The notes under the pieces are model-generated. The model was not told where the DNA came from. It searched no databases and saw only the letters and a list, made by a program, of their open reading frames with translations. Made by a program: the position numbers and the translations under genes. DNA of 40,290 nucleotides from Tubiluchus corallicola. Taxonomy: Eukaryota; Animalia; Priapulida. The stretch lies in the NCBI GenBank assembly GCA_030141605.1, contig JAQGDQ010001455.1, forward strand, positions 1 to 40,290, read 5' to 3'. Positions 23,221 through 36,068 of the stretch are shown piece by piece. The stretch's first letter is position 1. Every line of letters begins with the position of its first letter.

Positions 23221-25898
23221 GTGAGATGTTGTCCCAAATGATGCTGAGTGTGCTTAAGTTACAGCGTGAGTTGTTGTCCCGAATGATGCTGAGCGTGCTT
23301 AAGTTGCAGCGTGAGTTGTTGTCCCGAATGCTGCTTAGTGTGCTTAAGTTACAGCGTGAGTTGTTGTCCCGAATGCTGCTGAGTGTGCTTAAGTTACAGC
23401 GTGAGTTGTTGTCCCGAATGCTGCTTAGTGTGCTTAAGTTGCAGCGTGAGCTGTTGTCCCGAATGATGCTGAGTGTGCTTAAGTGACAGCGTGAGTTGTT
23501 GTCCCGAATGATGCTGAGTGTGCTTACGTTGCAGCGTGAGTTGTTGTCCCGAATGATGCTGAGTGTGCTTACGTTGCAGCGTGAGTTGTTGTCCCGAATG
23601 ATGCTGAGTGTGCTTACGTTGCAGCGTGAGTTGTTGTCCCGAATGATGCTGAGTGTGCTCACGTTGCAGCGTGAGTTGTTGTCCCGAATGCTGCTTAGTG
23701 TGCTTAAGTTACAGCGTGAGTTGTTGTCCCGAATGATGCTGAGTGTGCTTAAGTTACAGCATGAGTTGTTGTCCCGAATGATGCTTAGTCTGCTTAAGTT
23801 ACAGCGTGAGTTGTTGTCCCGAATGATGCTTAGTGTGCTTAAGTTACAGCGTGAGTTGTTGTCCCGAATGATGCTGAGTGTGCTTACGTTGCAGCGTGAG
23901 TTGTTGTCCCGAATGATGCTGAGTGTGCTTACGTTGCAGCGTGAGTTGTTGTCCCGAATGATGCTGAGTGTGCTTACGTTGCAGCGTGAGTTGTTGTCCC
24001 GAATGATGCTGAGTGTGCTCACGTTGCAGCGTGAGTTGTTGTCCCGAATGCTGCTTAGTGTGCTTAAGTTACAGCATGAGTTGTTGTCCCGAATGATGCT
24101 GAGTGTACTTAAGTTACAGCGTGAGTTGTTGTCCCGAATGATGCTTAGTGTGCTTAAGTTACAGCGTGAGTTGTTGTCCCGAATGATGCTTAGTGTGCTT
24201 AAGTTACAGCGTGAGTTGTTGTCCCGAATGATGCTGAGTGTGCTTACGTTGCAGCGTGAGTTGTTGTCCCGAATGATGCTGAGTGTGCTTAAGTTACAGC
24301 GTGAGTTGTTGTCCCGAATGATGCTTAGTGTGCTTAAGTTACAGCGTGAGTTGTTGTCCCGAATGATGCTGAGTGTGCTCACGTTGCAGTGTGAGTTGTT
24401 GTCCCGAATGATGCTGAGTGTGCTTACGTTGCAGCGTGAGTTGTTGTCCCGAATGCTGCTGAGTGTGCTTAAGTTACAGCGTGAGTTGTTGTCCCGAATG
24501 ATGCTGAGTGTGCTTACGTTGCAGCGTGAGTTGTTGTCCCGAATGTTGCTGAGTGTGCTTAAGTTGCAGCGTGAGTTGTTGTCCCGAATGATGCTGAGTG
24601 TGCTTAAGTTGCAGCGTGAGTTGTTGTCCCGAATACTGCTCAGTGTGCTTAAGTTACAGCATGAGCTGTTGCCCCGAATGATGCTGAGTGTGCTTACGTT
24701 GCAGCGTGAGTTGTTGTCCCGAATGATGCTGAGTGTGCTTACGTTGCAGCGTGAGTTGTTGTCCCGAATGATGCTGAGTGTGCTTAAGTTACAGCGTGAG
24801 TTGTTGTCCCGAATGATGCTGAGTGTGCTTAAGTTGCAGCGTGAGTTGTTGTCCCGAATACTGCTCAGTGTGCTTAAGTTACAGCATGAGCTGTTGCCCC
24901 GAATGATGCTGAGTGTGCTTACGTTGCAGCGTGAGTTGTTGTCCCGAATGATGCTGAGTGTGCTTACGTTGCAGCGTGAGTTGTTGTCCCGAATGATGCT
25001 GAGTGTGCTTAAGTTACAGCGTGAGTTGTTGTCCCGAATGATGCTGAGTGTGCTTACGTTGCAGCGTGGGTTGTTATCCCGAATGATGCTGAGTGTGCTT
25101 ACGTTGCAGCGTGAGTTGTTGTCCCGAATGATGCTTAGTGTGCTTAAGTTACAGCGTGAGTTGTTGTCCCGAATGCTGCTGAGTGTGCTTAAGTTACAGC
25201 GTGAGCTGTTGTCCCGAATGATGCTGAGTGTGCTTAAGTTACAGCGTGAGTTGTTGCCCCGAATGATGCTGAGTGTGTTTAAGTTACAGCGTGAGTTGTT
25301 GTCCCGAATGATGCTGAGTGTGCTTACGTTGCAGCGTGAGTTGTTGTCCCGAATGATGCTGAGTGTGCTTAAGTTACAGCGTGAGTTGTTGTCCCGAATG
25401 ATGCTGAGTGTGCTTACGTTGCAGCGTGAGTTGTTGTCCCGAATGATGCTGAGTGTGCTTACGTTGCAGCGTGAGTTGTTGTCCCGAATGATGCTGAGTG
25501 TGCTTAAGTTACAGCGTGAGTTGTTGTCCCGAATGATGCTTAGTGTGCTTAAGTTACAGCGTGAGTTGTTGTCCCGAATGATGCTGAGTGTGCTTACGTT
25601 GCAGCGTGAGTTGTTGTCCCGAATGATGCTGAGTGTGCTTACGTTGCAGCGTGAGTTGTTGTCCCGAATGCTGCTGAGTGTGCTTAAGTTACAGCGTGAG
25701 TTGTTGTCCCGAATACTGCTCAGTGTGCTTAAGTTACAGCATGAGCTGTTGCCCCGAATGATGCTGAGTGTGTTTAAGTTACAGCATGAGTTGTTGTCCC
25801 GAATACTGCTCAGTGTGCTTAAGTTACAGCGTGAGCTGTTGCCCGAATGATGCTGAGTGTGCTTAAGTTACAGCGTGAGCTGTTGTCCCAAATGCTGC
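23221..25898 (-). repeat. Same 45-bp satellite in opposite orientation, ~59 units
   Basis: Unit GTGAGTTGTTGTCCCGAATGATGCTGAGTGTGCTTAMGTTRCAGC; abuts the start of the right arm. Confidence 0.97.
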
Positions 25899-27178
25899 AA
25901 CTCTAAGTACATAATTAGAAGTTGTTTTTGCTAGCTGTCTGTAACATACAAATGCAGAAACAGTTTCATGACATGTGCTAGTGTCTCTGGGAGGCATTTA
26001 TGGCAAATCTTCAAAAGTCTCAGTTGAATTTCATGCAAACCACTGATCTTTATTTCTGCAATATTTAAAAATTAAAATAGAAAAGCAAAAGTGACTGACA
26101 TTGGCTAATTTTACGAAAAGTACATGGTTTAGTTAGATTGACAGTTAATTAATCAATCAAAAGCATCAATGAATGAATCAAAATAAAAATTAAATACACA
26201 TAAACTTACGTCGTTGTGGCTGGTAAATTTTGCTAGTTTGCACAAGACAGTTCATTCACATACCACAGAACAACATAACGACAACATAACTGAGTCAAAG
26301 CCCACACTTTAAATTTTCCAGCTAGATGGAGCCACCTTGGCTACAAATTTAAAATACATTAAGCCAGGTTCATTCTTGCTACGGTAAGTTCACACTAAGG
26401 TAACTTGCATATTCAGCAGAAATAATAACTGTCTCACAATAAAAGTTCAGTATGAAATAATGAAAATATTTTCTCTAGAAGTTTCTTTCACTAAAACTAG
26501 TTTACCACATTTTCCAGTGCTGCCACAAGCGTTTGCTTTGACAGAAACATTTCGCTGCAAAGACAATAATTGTTACACCACATCTCGAGGCGTAACAAGA
26601 TGGGGGTAACAGGGGGCAAGGGTGAGAGGACTCAAAGTTTTTCTAGAGTTAATGTTATTAACAATGACTGTCAATTATTAATTACTAACGAACTACTAAC
26701 AATTAACAAAATTTTTCAACAAAATTGTCTAGTCAGAGATCATCATAGCTGACTTAATATCTACTTACAGCCTAGAAAAAGGTTAATGTTGTTACTTAAT
26801 GGCGTGTGTAAGGTTTCGTGTGGCTTAGCAGATTCATAATTGTAAAAGAACGGTGGCGTTTCTCTAAATATCGATTGTATTATTGTGAAAACATGTAGTG
26901 TTCTGTATCTTTCATAATCTTTGCATGCTTTAATGCTGTAGCAAAATGTTTAAGAACCGTCGTGTTTATAAGCGACATATGCACACAAAAGAGTTACTCA
27001 AATCAAACCCAGAGTGATTCTTTCGAAAAATTCGTTTATCTTTATCCCATTTGTCGAAAAAAGGAAAGTCGGGCTGAGGGAAGCAAAAAAAGTGCATAGT
27101 TTATGGCTTCCCCCACGAAACAAATGATGAAAACCTAGGACGTCACAATCACTTGCTACTCTGCAGCCTATATCTTCA

Positions 27179-28174
27179 CTACAGTTTCAAGAGAATCAAC
27201 AGTGACGTCATCAAGGACAGTAACGGGGCAGCAGCATTAGCGCCATCTTTTGAATAACCAACGCACTGCCAACACGTGAACCTGTTCTCCGGATCCCACT
27301 TCCTCTTGATCTCTAACAACTTTTCATATTTAGTTTCATCCCAGAATTCCTCTGCTATGTCTTCCACAACTCGGCTTGGTTCATTGTAGTAACTGCCACG
27401 TCCATACTTCTTCATCATCGGCCGCCACTCATCATTCATGAAGCGGACACTTCTGTCCTCTGCTTCCGGTTCTTCCCACCAGTTGGCAGCACACGTCGAG
27501 TGCCACAAAGCATCCCTAAACTGAGTTCCTACCGGAGTATCACTGTGGTTTACATTGCTAGTATTGGCGGCCCCACCCAGATGAACCATCGTACAGCCCA
27601 TAGATACATATTCCTCACCGCGTAAAGATACATCTATGAACAGTTCGGAAAACTCTTCTGCAAAAGTTCTGCTAAAAAACTCCGGCTGAGAAAACCGACC
27701 GTCTATGTAAATTGGAACATCCAAAACATCGGCTGCACTCTTCTGGTAATCCCAGAAGGTTTCATAATCTTGAAAGAAGCAGCGATGAGGACGATATTTA
27801 TCTTCCATATCCGCAAGAGGCACAAAAACTTGCTTCGCCTCTTCTGATGCTTTACCATTGTGCAGCATCAAAAAAGTGATACTTCCCTGCGTGTAAACCC
27901 CATATTCCGTCGAATATTTAGGGGCTGAATGCATCAGGATGTACCCACCCCACTCAGGTGGCAGCGAAAGTAAGACCTCCTCGAAATAGACTGTCAACAC
28001 GTCTTTTAGGTAGTTTTCCTTGCCGTCTTTAGATATGATGTAGAAGTTACAGTACATGGATGTGTACCCATCCCTTTCCGGCTGCAACTGTACGATGTAT
28101 TCTGTTGCAATTCCAAAAACTCCACCGCCTCCACGAATGGCATAGAATAGATCAGTGTCGTCTGTTACCTCTAC
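27179..28174 (-). CDS. BBE-like FAD-linked oxidase copy B, terminal coding exon
   Basis: Mirror of 13151-14146; open to the stop codon; differs by I>V (FIDVSL), H>Q (GTQFR) and N>K (LLKL). Confidence 0.93.
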   Translation of the reverse strand, partial: VEVTDDTDLFYAIRGGGGVFGIATEYIVQLQPERDGYTSMYCNFYIISKDGKENYLKDVLTVYFEEVLLSLPPEWGGYILMHSAPKYSTEYGVYTQGSITFLMLHNGKASEEAKQVFVPLADMEDKYRPHRCFFQDYETFWDYQKSAADVLDVPIYIDGRFSQPEFFSRTFAEEFSELFIDVSLRGEEYVSMGCTMVHLGGAANTSNVNHSDTPVGTQFRDALWHSTCAANWWEEPEAEDRSVRFMNDEWRPMMKKYGRGSYYNEPSRVVEDIAEEFWDETKYEKLLEIKRKWDPENRFTCWQCVGYSKDGANAAAPLLSLMTSLLILLKL

Positions 28175-28403
28175 CTGAAAGGAAGCAAATCAATTATAGC
28201 ACGTTTCTGTTGAAGATGAATTCATCTTCACTGATAAAAAAAGCTGCTTCCAAAATATGGTTTTACACGTACAGACTCTAATATAGTAGATATCGTAAGA
28301 AAAGCTTACAGCTGGTAAAAGGAACAAGAAAGAGATCCTTTATTTCAGGTGCACAGCGGATTGGGAATGCAGTGCCTGTTTAGCTGTATTATAACAAATC
28401 GTT

Positions 28404-29347
28404 AACTGGACAATGGCTCTCTACAGATGTTTGGTGAACTTCTAGCCCTAGCTACACTGGACAAAGGCTCTCTGCAGATGTTTTGATGAACTTCCAGCCT
28501 TAGCTACACTGGACAATGGCTCTCTGCAGATGTTTTGATGAACTTTCAGCCTTAGTTACACTGGACAATGGCTCTCTGCAGGTGCCTGGTGAACTTCCCG
28601 CCTTAGCTACATTGGATAATGGCTCTCTGTAGATGTTTGGTGAACTTCCCGCCTTAGCTACACTGGACAATGGCTCTCTGTAGATGTTTGGTGAACTTTC
28701 AGCCTTAGCTACATTGGACAATGGCTCTCTGCAGATGTTTGGTGAACTTCCAGCCTTAGCTACATTGGACAATGGCTCTCTGTAGATGTTTGGTGAACTT
28801 TCAGCCTTAGCTACATTGGACAATGGCTCTCTACAGATGTAACCCACCACACAACAACCCACAGATGTTTGATGAACTTCCCGCATTAGCTAAACTGGAC
28901 AATGGCTCTCTGCAGATGTTTGGCGAACTTCCAGCCTTAGCTACATTGGACAATGGCTCTCTGCAGATGTTTGGTGAACTTCCAGCCTTAGCTACACTGG
29001 ACAATGGCTCTCTGCAGATGTTTGGTGAACTTCCAGCCTTAGCTACACTGGACAATGGCTCTCTGCAGGTGTTTGGTGAACTTCCAGCCTTAGCTACACT
29101 GGACAATGGCTCTCTGCAGGTGTCTGCTGAACTTCCCGCCTTAGCTACACTGGATAATGGCTCTCTGCAGGTGTCTGGTGAACTTCCAGCCTTAGCTACA
29201 CTGGACAATGGCTCTCTGCAGGTGTCTGGTGAACTTCCAGCCTTAGCTACACTGGACAATGGCTCTCTGCAGGTGCCTGGTGAACTTTCAGCCTTAGCTA
29301 CACTGGACAATGGCTCTCTGCAGATGTTTGGTGAACTTCCTGCATTA
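28404..29347. repeat. 51-bp minisatellite, mirror copy, ~18 units
   Basis: Reverse-complement unit. Confidence 0.93.
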
Positions 29348-30173
29348 TCTATAAGACCATAAAAGCCACTAATATAAAACCATTAGCTATACCTGAAATA
29401 AAACAACAGACTAGAAAATGTCTTTTTGTGGCTCTCACAAGCAATGGGTCTAATTAATCTTGACTATTAATAAATATTGTTAAAGATATATAGTATATTG
29501 TGGTAATGTTGGCCACGTTTGGATTTCTTCAATGATTTACCTGGTATTATCACTATTATTAGTTTTGTACCAGCTTAGCAGTCACATGGATGGATTTGTC
29601 TGCTTTACAGCAATGCACAGAAATGGTTTATTCACTCAGTTCAGTGTAATTTCTTTCGTGTTATTTATGAATTCTGTGTTGTCTAAATCAGAGCAATATT
29701 GGCTAGTTGAAGGTAATGTGGGCCAGTACTCAAAAACACCAGTGCACAGGTTTAGTGTATGAACTACGTCTATTAAAATGCATTAAAAACCATCCAATTA
29801 CATTGTTTGGAATATGCTTCACAATGATCAGTATAGATGATTATTCGTTATAGCAGTTACTAAAAATATTATAGTAAATCTCCCAACTCTTCCCAAAATT
29901 TGTTGCTGATGCGAGTGATAGACAACTGGAAGAAGGGAGACACATCAAGCTGAACAATGTTGGCTCTGCTGATTGGCTCAGCATGTTAGAAAAACTCAAA
30001 TTTGCTCGAGTTTGTTTGTGAAGTGCAGCGTAGTTTCATACCAATCAAGATACTTAATTTGTAAGGTAAATTGTTAAATCATCTATACAATGTTAACTCA
30101 TATATCTCTTGGGTATCTAACTACTGAATTGCATTTCGATGTTGTTTCTAAATTCTGGTAAATTTCTTTGTTT

Positions 30174-31097
30174 TATAGGTTTTACATGTCAAAAGTAGAC
30201 CTACGTTAAGTGAAATGTAGATTTAGGTAATTCAAATGTGTCTTGGTAACTCAAATGTAGATTTAGGTAGTTCAAATGTGTCTTGGTAACTCAAATGTAG
30301 ATTTAGGTAGTTCAAATGTGTTAACAATGTCAAGTCAAATGTGACATTGGTATCTCAAATGTGGATAGGTGATAAAGCTTAAAGATGTTAAATTTAATCT
30401 CCTTTAATCTTAATTTAATAATTGCTGTGAAAATAATAACTTTATAGGTCTACTAGTAGTTTACTAATATTCTGTAAACTTTACATACCATTGGAACTGT
30501 TAGAGAAAACAATACATTCTTAAAATAAACAATGTTTCTTGAGAGAAACTAATTCATTAATGCAGTGCTAATGCATTACTTAAAAAACTAATTAGTGATT
30601 CACTGTTCTTTGGGAAGGGATAAACAACACATTTTTCAAAGTTATGAAAGAGGTGATGACTATCTTTGGTTTATCTTTTTCTAATTTGCACTTAAATAAC
30701 TTAATTACCTATTTATTCAAAGTAATGCATCTACATTTGGCTTACCTAAGTCACATTTGAGTTACCAAAACACATTCGAAATTCCTATGTCCACATTTGA
30801 CTTACCTAAGTCACATTTGAGTTACCAAAACACATTCGAAATTCCTATGTATACATTTGACTTACCTAAGTCACATTTGAGTTAGCAAAACACATTCGAA
30901 ATTCCTATGTCTACATTTGACTTACCTAAGTCACATTTGAGTTAGCAAAACACATTCGAAATTCCTATGTCTACATTTGACTTACCTAAGTCACATTTGA
31001 GTTACCAAAACACATTCGAAATTCCTATGTCTACATTTGACTTACCTAAGTCACATTTGAAGTTTCCTGTGTCTACATTTGACGTGTAAAACCTATA
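30174..31097. mobile_element. Mirror MITE with an expanded 60-bp subrepeat
   Basis: Same TIRs; five full 60-bp units at 30731-31030. Confidence 0.75.
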
Positions 31098-31272
31098 GAT
31101 GCCTTGGCAATTAACAGTTTGTTCGAAACCAGTCGACAATGAATTCCATTTTGATGTGATCACATGATCCCTTACAACTTCATTTTCGAAAATTGGTTTA
31201 GAGGTTACTTAGCACATATTAGTCTTTATGTTGCTGCAAAATGTTTTGAGACTCAAAGAGATGCCTACTTAC

Positions 31273-31479
31273 TTTTCCATCTTTGCCTTCCTTTACTAGC
31301 GTGCTTGCATTCACAGTAACAATGCTTCCATCAGCAGTGATTAGAGTGGCACCCAGAAGGTTGTCAGCACCTAATCCAAGTGTTCTAGTGTTTGGACTGT
31401 GTCCGCCACCCATCAGAAAACCACCCATTGTAACAGTGGGACCACTCCCACCAGCTGCTAGTAATCCATTTTCGTGGGC
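31273..31479 (-). CDS. BBE-like FAD-linked oxidase copy B, coding exon 3
   Basis: Mirror of 10364-10570; same peptide with synonymous changes. Confidence 0.92.
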
Positions 31480-31722
31480 CTGCAAATTTGGAAGAGTTAA
31501 TAGGTGGAAGAATGAACATCTGCAGCAGGAGTAAGCAACAACATCAGCAACATCAGCAGCATCATAGCCGCAAAGGCAACCACAATGACACTGACGATGA
31601 CAACGGTAATGGAAATGACTTTTTCAGTGTATAAACTTAGCTAAATTTTATTTACAAAAAAATTGTGCTTCAAAATCAAGACTTTTTGTTAAACAAGGCT
31701 TCTTATGAACTGTAGTACTAAC

Positions 31723-31987
31723 CACTTCATGTAGCTGGTAATTTGTGACGCCAGGCTGCGCCACTACGTAAGCTCCTGTATTTGGCGACACCTCGTAGTC
31801 GTTTGTGTAAACTGTGGCTGCCTTCATCTCACTCAAGTTAATTATAACACCATCATCATTTGCTGAACGTCCAATGTAGGAGTGACCAGACGAATATGCC
31901 GTCATTTTAATGTTGAACTTCAAAGCGAACAAGACTGCCTTTTGCACGTCACTCGTTTCAGTTGCTAATACAATCAGTGCTGGTTGC
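31723..31987 (-). CDS. BBE-like FAD-linked oxidase copy B, coding exon 2
   Basis: Mirror of 9850-10114; SSGHSYIGRS intact; splice sites intact. Confidence 0.9.
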
Positions 31988-33063
31988 CTTTAATTACGAA
32001 AAACAAAGGGTTAATTAGATAGTTAACAAATACGAAACGAATCAAGAAAAAACATAGCAGAGGAAGAGTTTGGCTTCTGATCTTTGACTTTAGAAAATGT
32101 ATCAATTTCAGCATCAGATGTGCTACCTTCTTATAAAAAATCTCCAGCAACATAGTAGCTTGTATCGTTTAATCTGTAAACAAATTCAAATTCAAATTCA
32201 GTTTATTTCACCAGCAAACTACAATAACTATAAATATACTTGTACAACATCTTGTATAAATGAAAACAGCAAAAAAAAAATGAAATGAAATTAACTGTGC
32301 TCCCTAGAAATACCATATTAAGATGCTGAAGTTTGCTGGATGGCAGCTAAAAGGGGGACCTTGTTAAGCCACCTTGAAATGTGAAACAGAGAATGAAGAT
32401 GATGAAAGAAGACGAGAATAAAGAAGAGCTATGTTGCAGTTATTAGAAAGAAAACAGAAGGAAAGAAGAAGAAAAAGGAAAACATAAAATAAGAAAACAA
32501 TGAGCATGTTCAAATTAGCTGCAACTGATTTTTTGACAGGAAACCATCAGTGGGTGAAATTTGTTCAGATTCACAGAGATATTTATAGCAAACTGTTCTT
32601 ATTAACTGTAACAACTTTTTAAGTAAATTATAAAATGTAATCTCTAGCCTAATTAATCAAATCTCTTTAACAAACAAAGGTTCAAGATTTAAGAAATTAA
32701 TAACTAAGTTACATGGTGATCTTCTATAAGTGTAATCAATGCATATTATAACGACCCTAAAGAATCTATAGCTGAAGTGTGTGTGAATGGCTGAGTAACT
32801 TCAGTCTACAGGTAACTGAGATAACAGATACAGTATGTACAGATAACAGTCAAAAGGAAACCAAATTATACCAGAAAAGAGGGGGACAATACAAGATTAA
32901 ATCAGCACATCAGATGTACAGTATTCAGTAGTGCTTGACAATACAATTACGGATAATATAAGAATAACAGCAGTTCCTTTACCTCTTCGCCATAGTTATT
33001 ATTCATTTCTCATAAACAAAAAATCAATTGGATACCTAGAAAATTGCTAGTTCTGTACCTGTC

Positions 33064-33584
33064 AGGGTGAAAATTGGCAAAGCAGCAGCAGTATTTAGGA
33101 AGATGGGAAAAATCTGGGCAAACAAGAAAATCAAGCTTCGTTTGCACGACACCATTGTGCTGCCAACGGCTCTTTATGCCAGCGAAACCTGGAAAGTTAC
33201 AGCAGTGATATCAAAGAAACTGGACGTCTTCCACCATAAATGTCTTCGGAAAATCCTAAAAAATATTCTATCGCAACCATGTTACCAATGTGGAAGTCCT
33301 ACAGCAGGCGCAGTCAAGGCCGTTGCACGAAATAGTTGCAGAGAGAAGGCTGAGATTGGCTGGACATATTCTACGCCTACCAGAACAACGCCACTGGTGG
33401 AACCACCTGGTGGAAAAAGGAAGAGGTCGGCCAAAAACAACATGGCGCAGATCTTTCAAAGAAGACCTTCAAGCTATGAACAGACGTTGGGAGAACATCG
33501 AAAGAGAAGCCGCCGATAGAACCCAGTGGAAAATGCTGTCTGCCCAATGTGCATCCGTGCACGGGAAGGACTAAGGTCTAAGGT
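33064..33584 (+). mobile_element. RTE-clade LINE fragment, mirror copy
   Basis: Same translations as 8255-8775. Confidence 0.85.
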
Positions 33585-33771
33585 GCCTGTTAATATGTCT
33601 AAGTTCTCTGTACTTTCTCTGAAACGCTGATATCTATCTGAATGCCCACGTCAGAATTCATCAACTCTGGTAATGCTTTCACCTTTTTCTGCTTCTGTGC
33701 TAATTATTTACTTTAGATTCAGTTAAGGAGCTATTTGTACTACCTACGTTTGTAGTATTTAATATGCAGTC

Positions 33772-34661
33772 TACTATATACAAGTACTGACTTAGACTTT
33801 GCTGCCACCTACAGGCGTTTTTCATGCTAATACTATGTACAAGTACTGACTTAGACTTTGCTGCCACCTACAGGCGTTTTTGATGCTAATACTATGTACA
33901 AGTACTGACTTAGACTTTGCTGGGACAAACAACAAACACACCCCACCACACACAAACCAACAAAACACCCCACCACACACAACAACAAACACACCCCACA
34001 CACACAAACAACAAACACACCCCACCACACACAAACAACAAAACACCCCACCACACACAAACCAACAAAACACCCCACCACACACAAACAACAAACACAC
34101 CCCACCACACACAAACAACAAACACACCCCACCTACAGGCGTTTTTGATGCTAATACTATGTACAAGTACTGACTTAGTCTTTGCTGCCACCTACAGGCG
34201 TTTTTGATGCTAATACCATGTACAAGTATTGACTTAGTCTTTGCTGCCACCTACAGGCGTGTTTGATGCTGATACTATGTACAAGTACTGACTTAGTCTT
34301 TGCTGCCACCTACAGGCGTTTTTGATGCTAATACTATGTACAAGTACTGACTTAGTCTTTGCTGCCATCACACACAAACAACAAACACAACTTTGCTGCC
34401 ACCTACAGGCGTTTTTGATGCTAATACCATGTACAAGTATGACTTAGTCTTTGCTGCCACCTACAGGCGTTTTTGATGCTAATACCATGTACAAGTACTG
34501 ACTTAGTCTTTGCTGCCACCTACAGGCGTTTTTGATGCTAATACTATGTACAAGAACTGACTTAGACTTTGCTGCCACCTACAGGCGTTTTTGATGCTAA
34601 TGCTATGTACAAGTACTGACTTAGTCTTTGCTGCCATCTACAGGCGTGTTTGATGCTAATT
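33772..34661. repeat. 59-bp minisatellite, mirror copy
   Basis: Reverse-complement unit, also with A/C-only interruptions. Confidence 0.93.
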
Positions 34662-35859
34662 CTACAATGGCTGCCAGAGTTCAATTTATTACTTTCTAAA
34701 TCTTTTTTCTTGAAATAGAGAAAAACTATAACACAATTTTCTGTAGGTAAATAAGCGAAGCAGGTTTATGAATTTGGTTCAACTAGTAATCTGTAATGTA
34801 ATGTTACCGACGTTTGTATCCCTTTTTGCTGACCACGTGACTGCACTCGTGACGTCATTCGTCTTGCGCAACGAAAAATGGCGGTTCTTCAAAATTTATT
34901 ACCGCAAACAACGAAGTGGTAACAAAAATCAAAAGAAACGAGTTTTACAGTAAATTTATAATAAAATAAATTTAATATTCTTAATGAGTCTAAGATTTTA
35001 AGTTGTGAAATTTTATATTATAGTGAGGGTTTAGTTTGACAGTAACTGCAAACAATGAATTCAATAAACTGCTTTGCTTTTCGAACCATAGTGTATACTG
35101 GGTTTTATGGCAATAACTGACGCACAGTGTGAACGGGGTTTTAGATTTCAGTAATTAGATTAAGCGCAAGAGAGTCATTTGGATTATTACAAGAAGCAGA
35201 CTGTAGTACAGTCAAAGACTGCCATATTCCAACAAAATATTCTAGTGTTTTATACGTCATTTCTATTAAAAAAAATAAAAAAGGCCATTTTACAAATTTG
35301 CCTTTAATTCTGTAGTTCTAGACTTTACTAAACACAAACATTAAGTAAACCTAATTTGGTAATTCACTAATTTATACCACGTTCTATCGTTTATAAGATT
35401 GTCATTAATTAAACTAAAATGTTCAAAGTGATCAGTTCATAATAATTCAAAATAATACAAAATGATGTATTTACTTACATCGTATGTCTCCATAAAGCAA
35501 ATCTAGTATTTACCAATATATCTGACAAATTATGTCACTATCATACTGTGAAAAACTACTTTTAAAGAAGCCTGTTAACGTCTACCAACTAACTCACTTG
35601 CCCAGGTAGAAACAGATCTGCACAGGTGAGTGATCGTGGTCACGTGACCAACGAGATACTTGACGAAATTTCCTACATAGACTAAAGTTCCACGAGCACT
35701 CTTGCTTAAGTTGTATTCTTCTAATAGTAACTAGTTTTTTCTGTAATATTTGTACCTTATAATTATAATTTTCCAACTCTCTCGTACTTGCCTTGTTCTT
35801 ATGCATTTCTTCCTTTTTGCGGAGCACTCACATTTTTGTTAACAACTGCAAATACTTAC

Positions 35860-36068
35860 CTTTTTTCTCTCGGATTGTTCATGTGATTTTCCTCCTGGAA
35901 AAGAGCTCCCATGTCTCTCGTTAAGACAGATGCTTCGTCAGAAAGATCTTGGCGGAACGCATCAATTTCTGCATCAGAGGGCCAACACGACTGAGACGGG
36001 GTGCAGTATTCAGCATTGGTTGACTGTAGAATTATGGCTAGTGTAAAAATCAGCAGTTTGTTCGCCAT
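35860..36068 (-). CDS. BBE-like FAD-linked oxidase copy B, coding exon 1
   Basis: Reverse complement of 5602-5810; same peptide and splice sites. Confidence 0.88.

Noticed and set aside
23186-25850. 784-aa and 398-aa repeat ORFs (also 16944-17582)
   Set aside because: The 45-bp unit is a multiple of 3 and lacks stops in these frames; open on both strands, with no unique coding flanks.
23221-25898. CRISPR-like array (also the 59-bp and 51-bp arrays)
   Set aside because: Head-to-tail units with no unique spacers, no cas genes, eukaryotic context. The apparent A/C spacers are G/T-stripped units.
33822-34250. Cys/Val-rich and His/Thr-rich ORFs (also 7421-7693)
   Set aside because: Arise from the A/C-only tracts.
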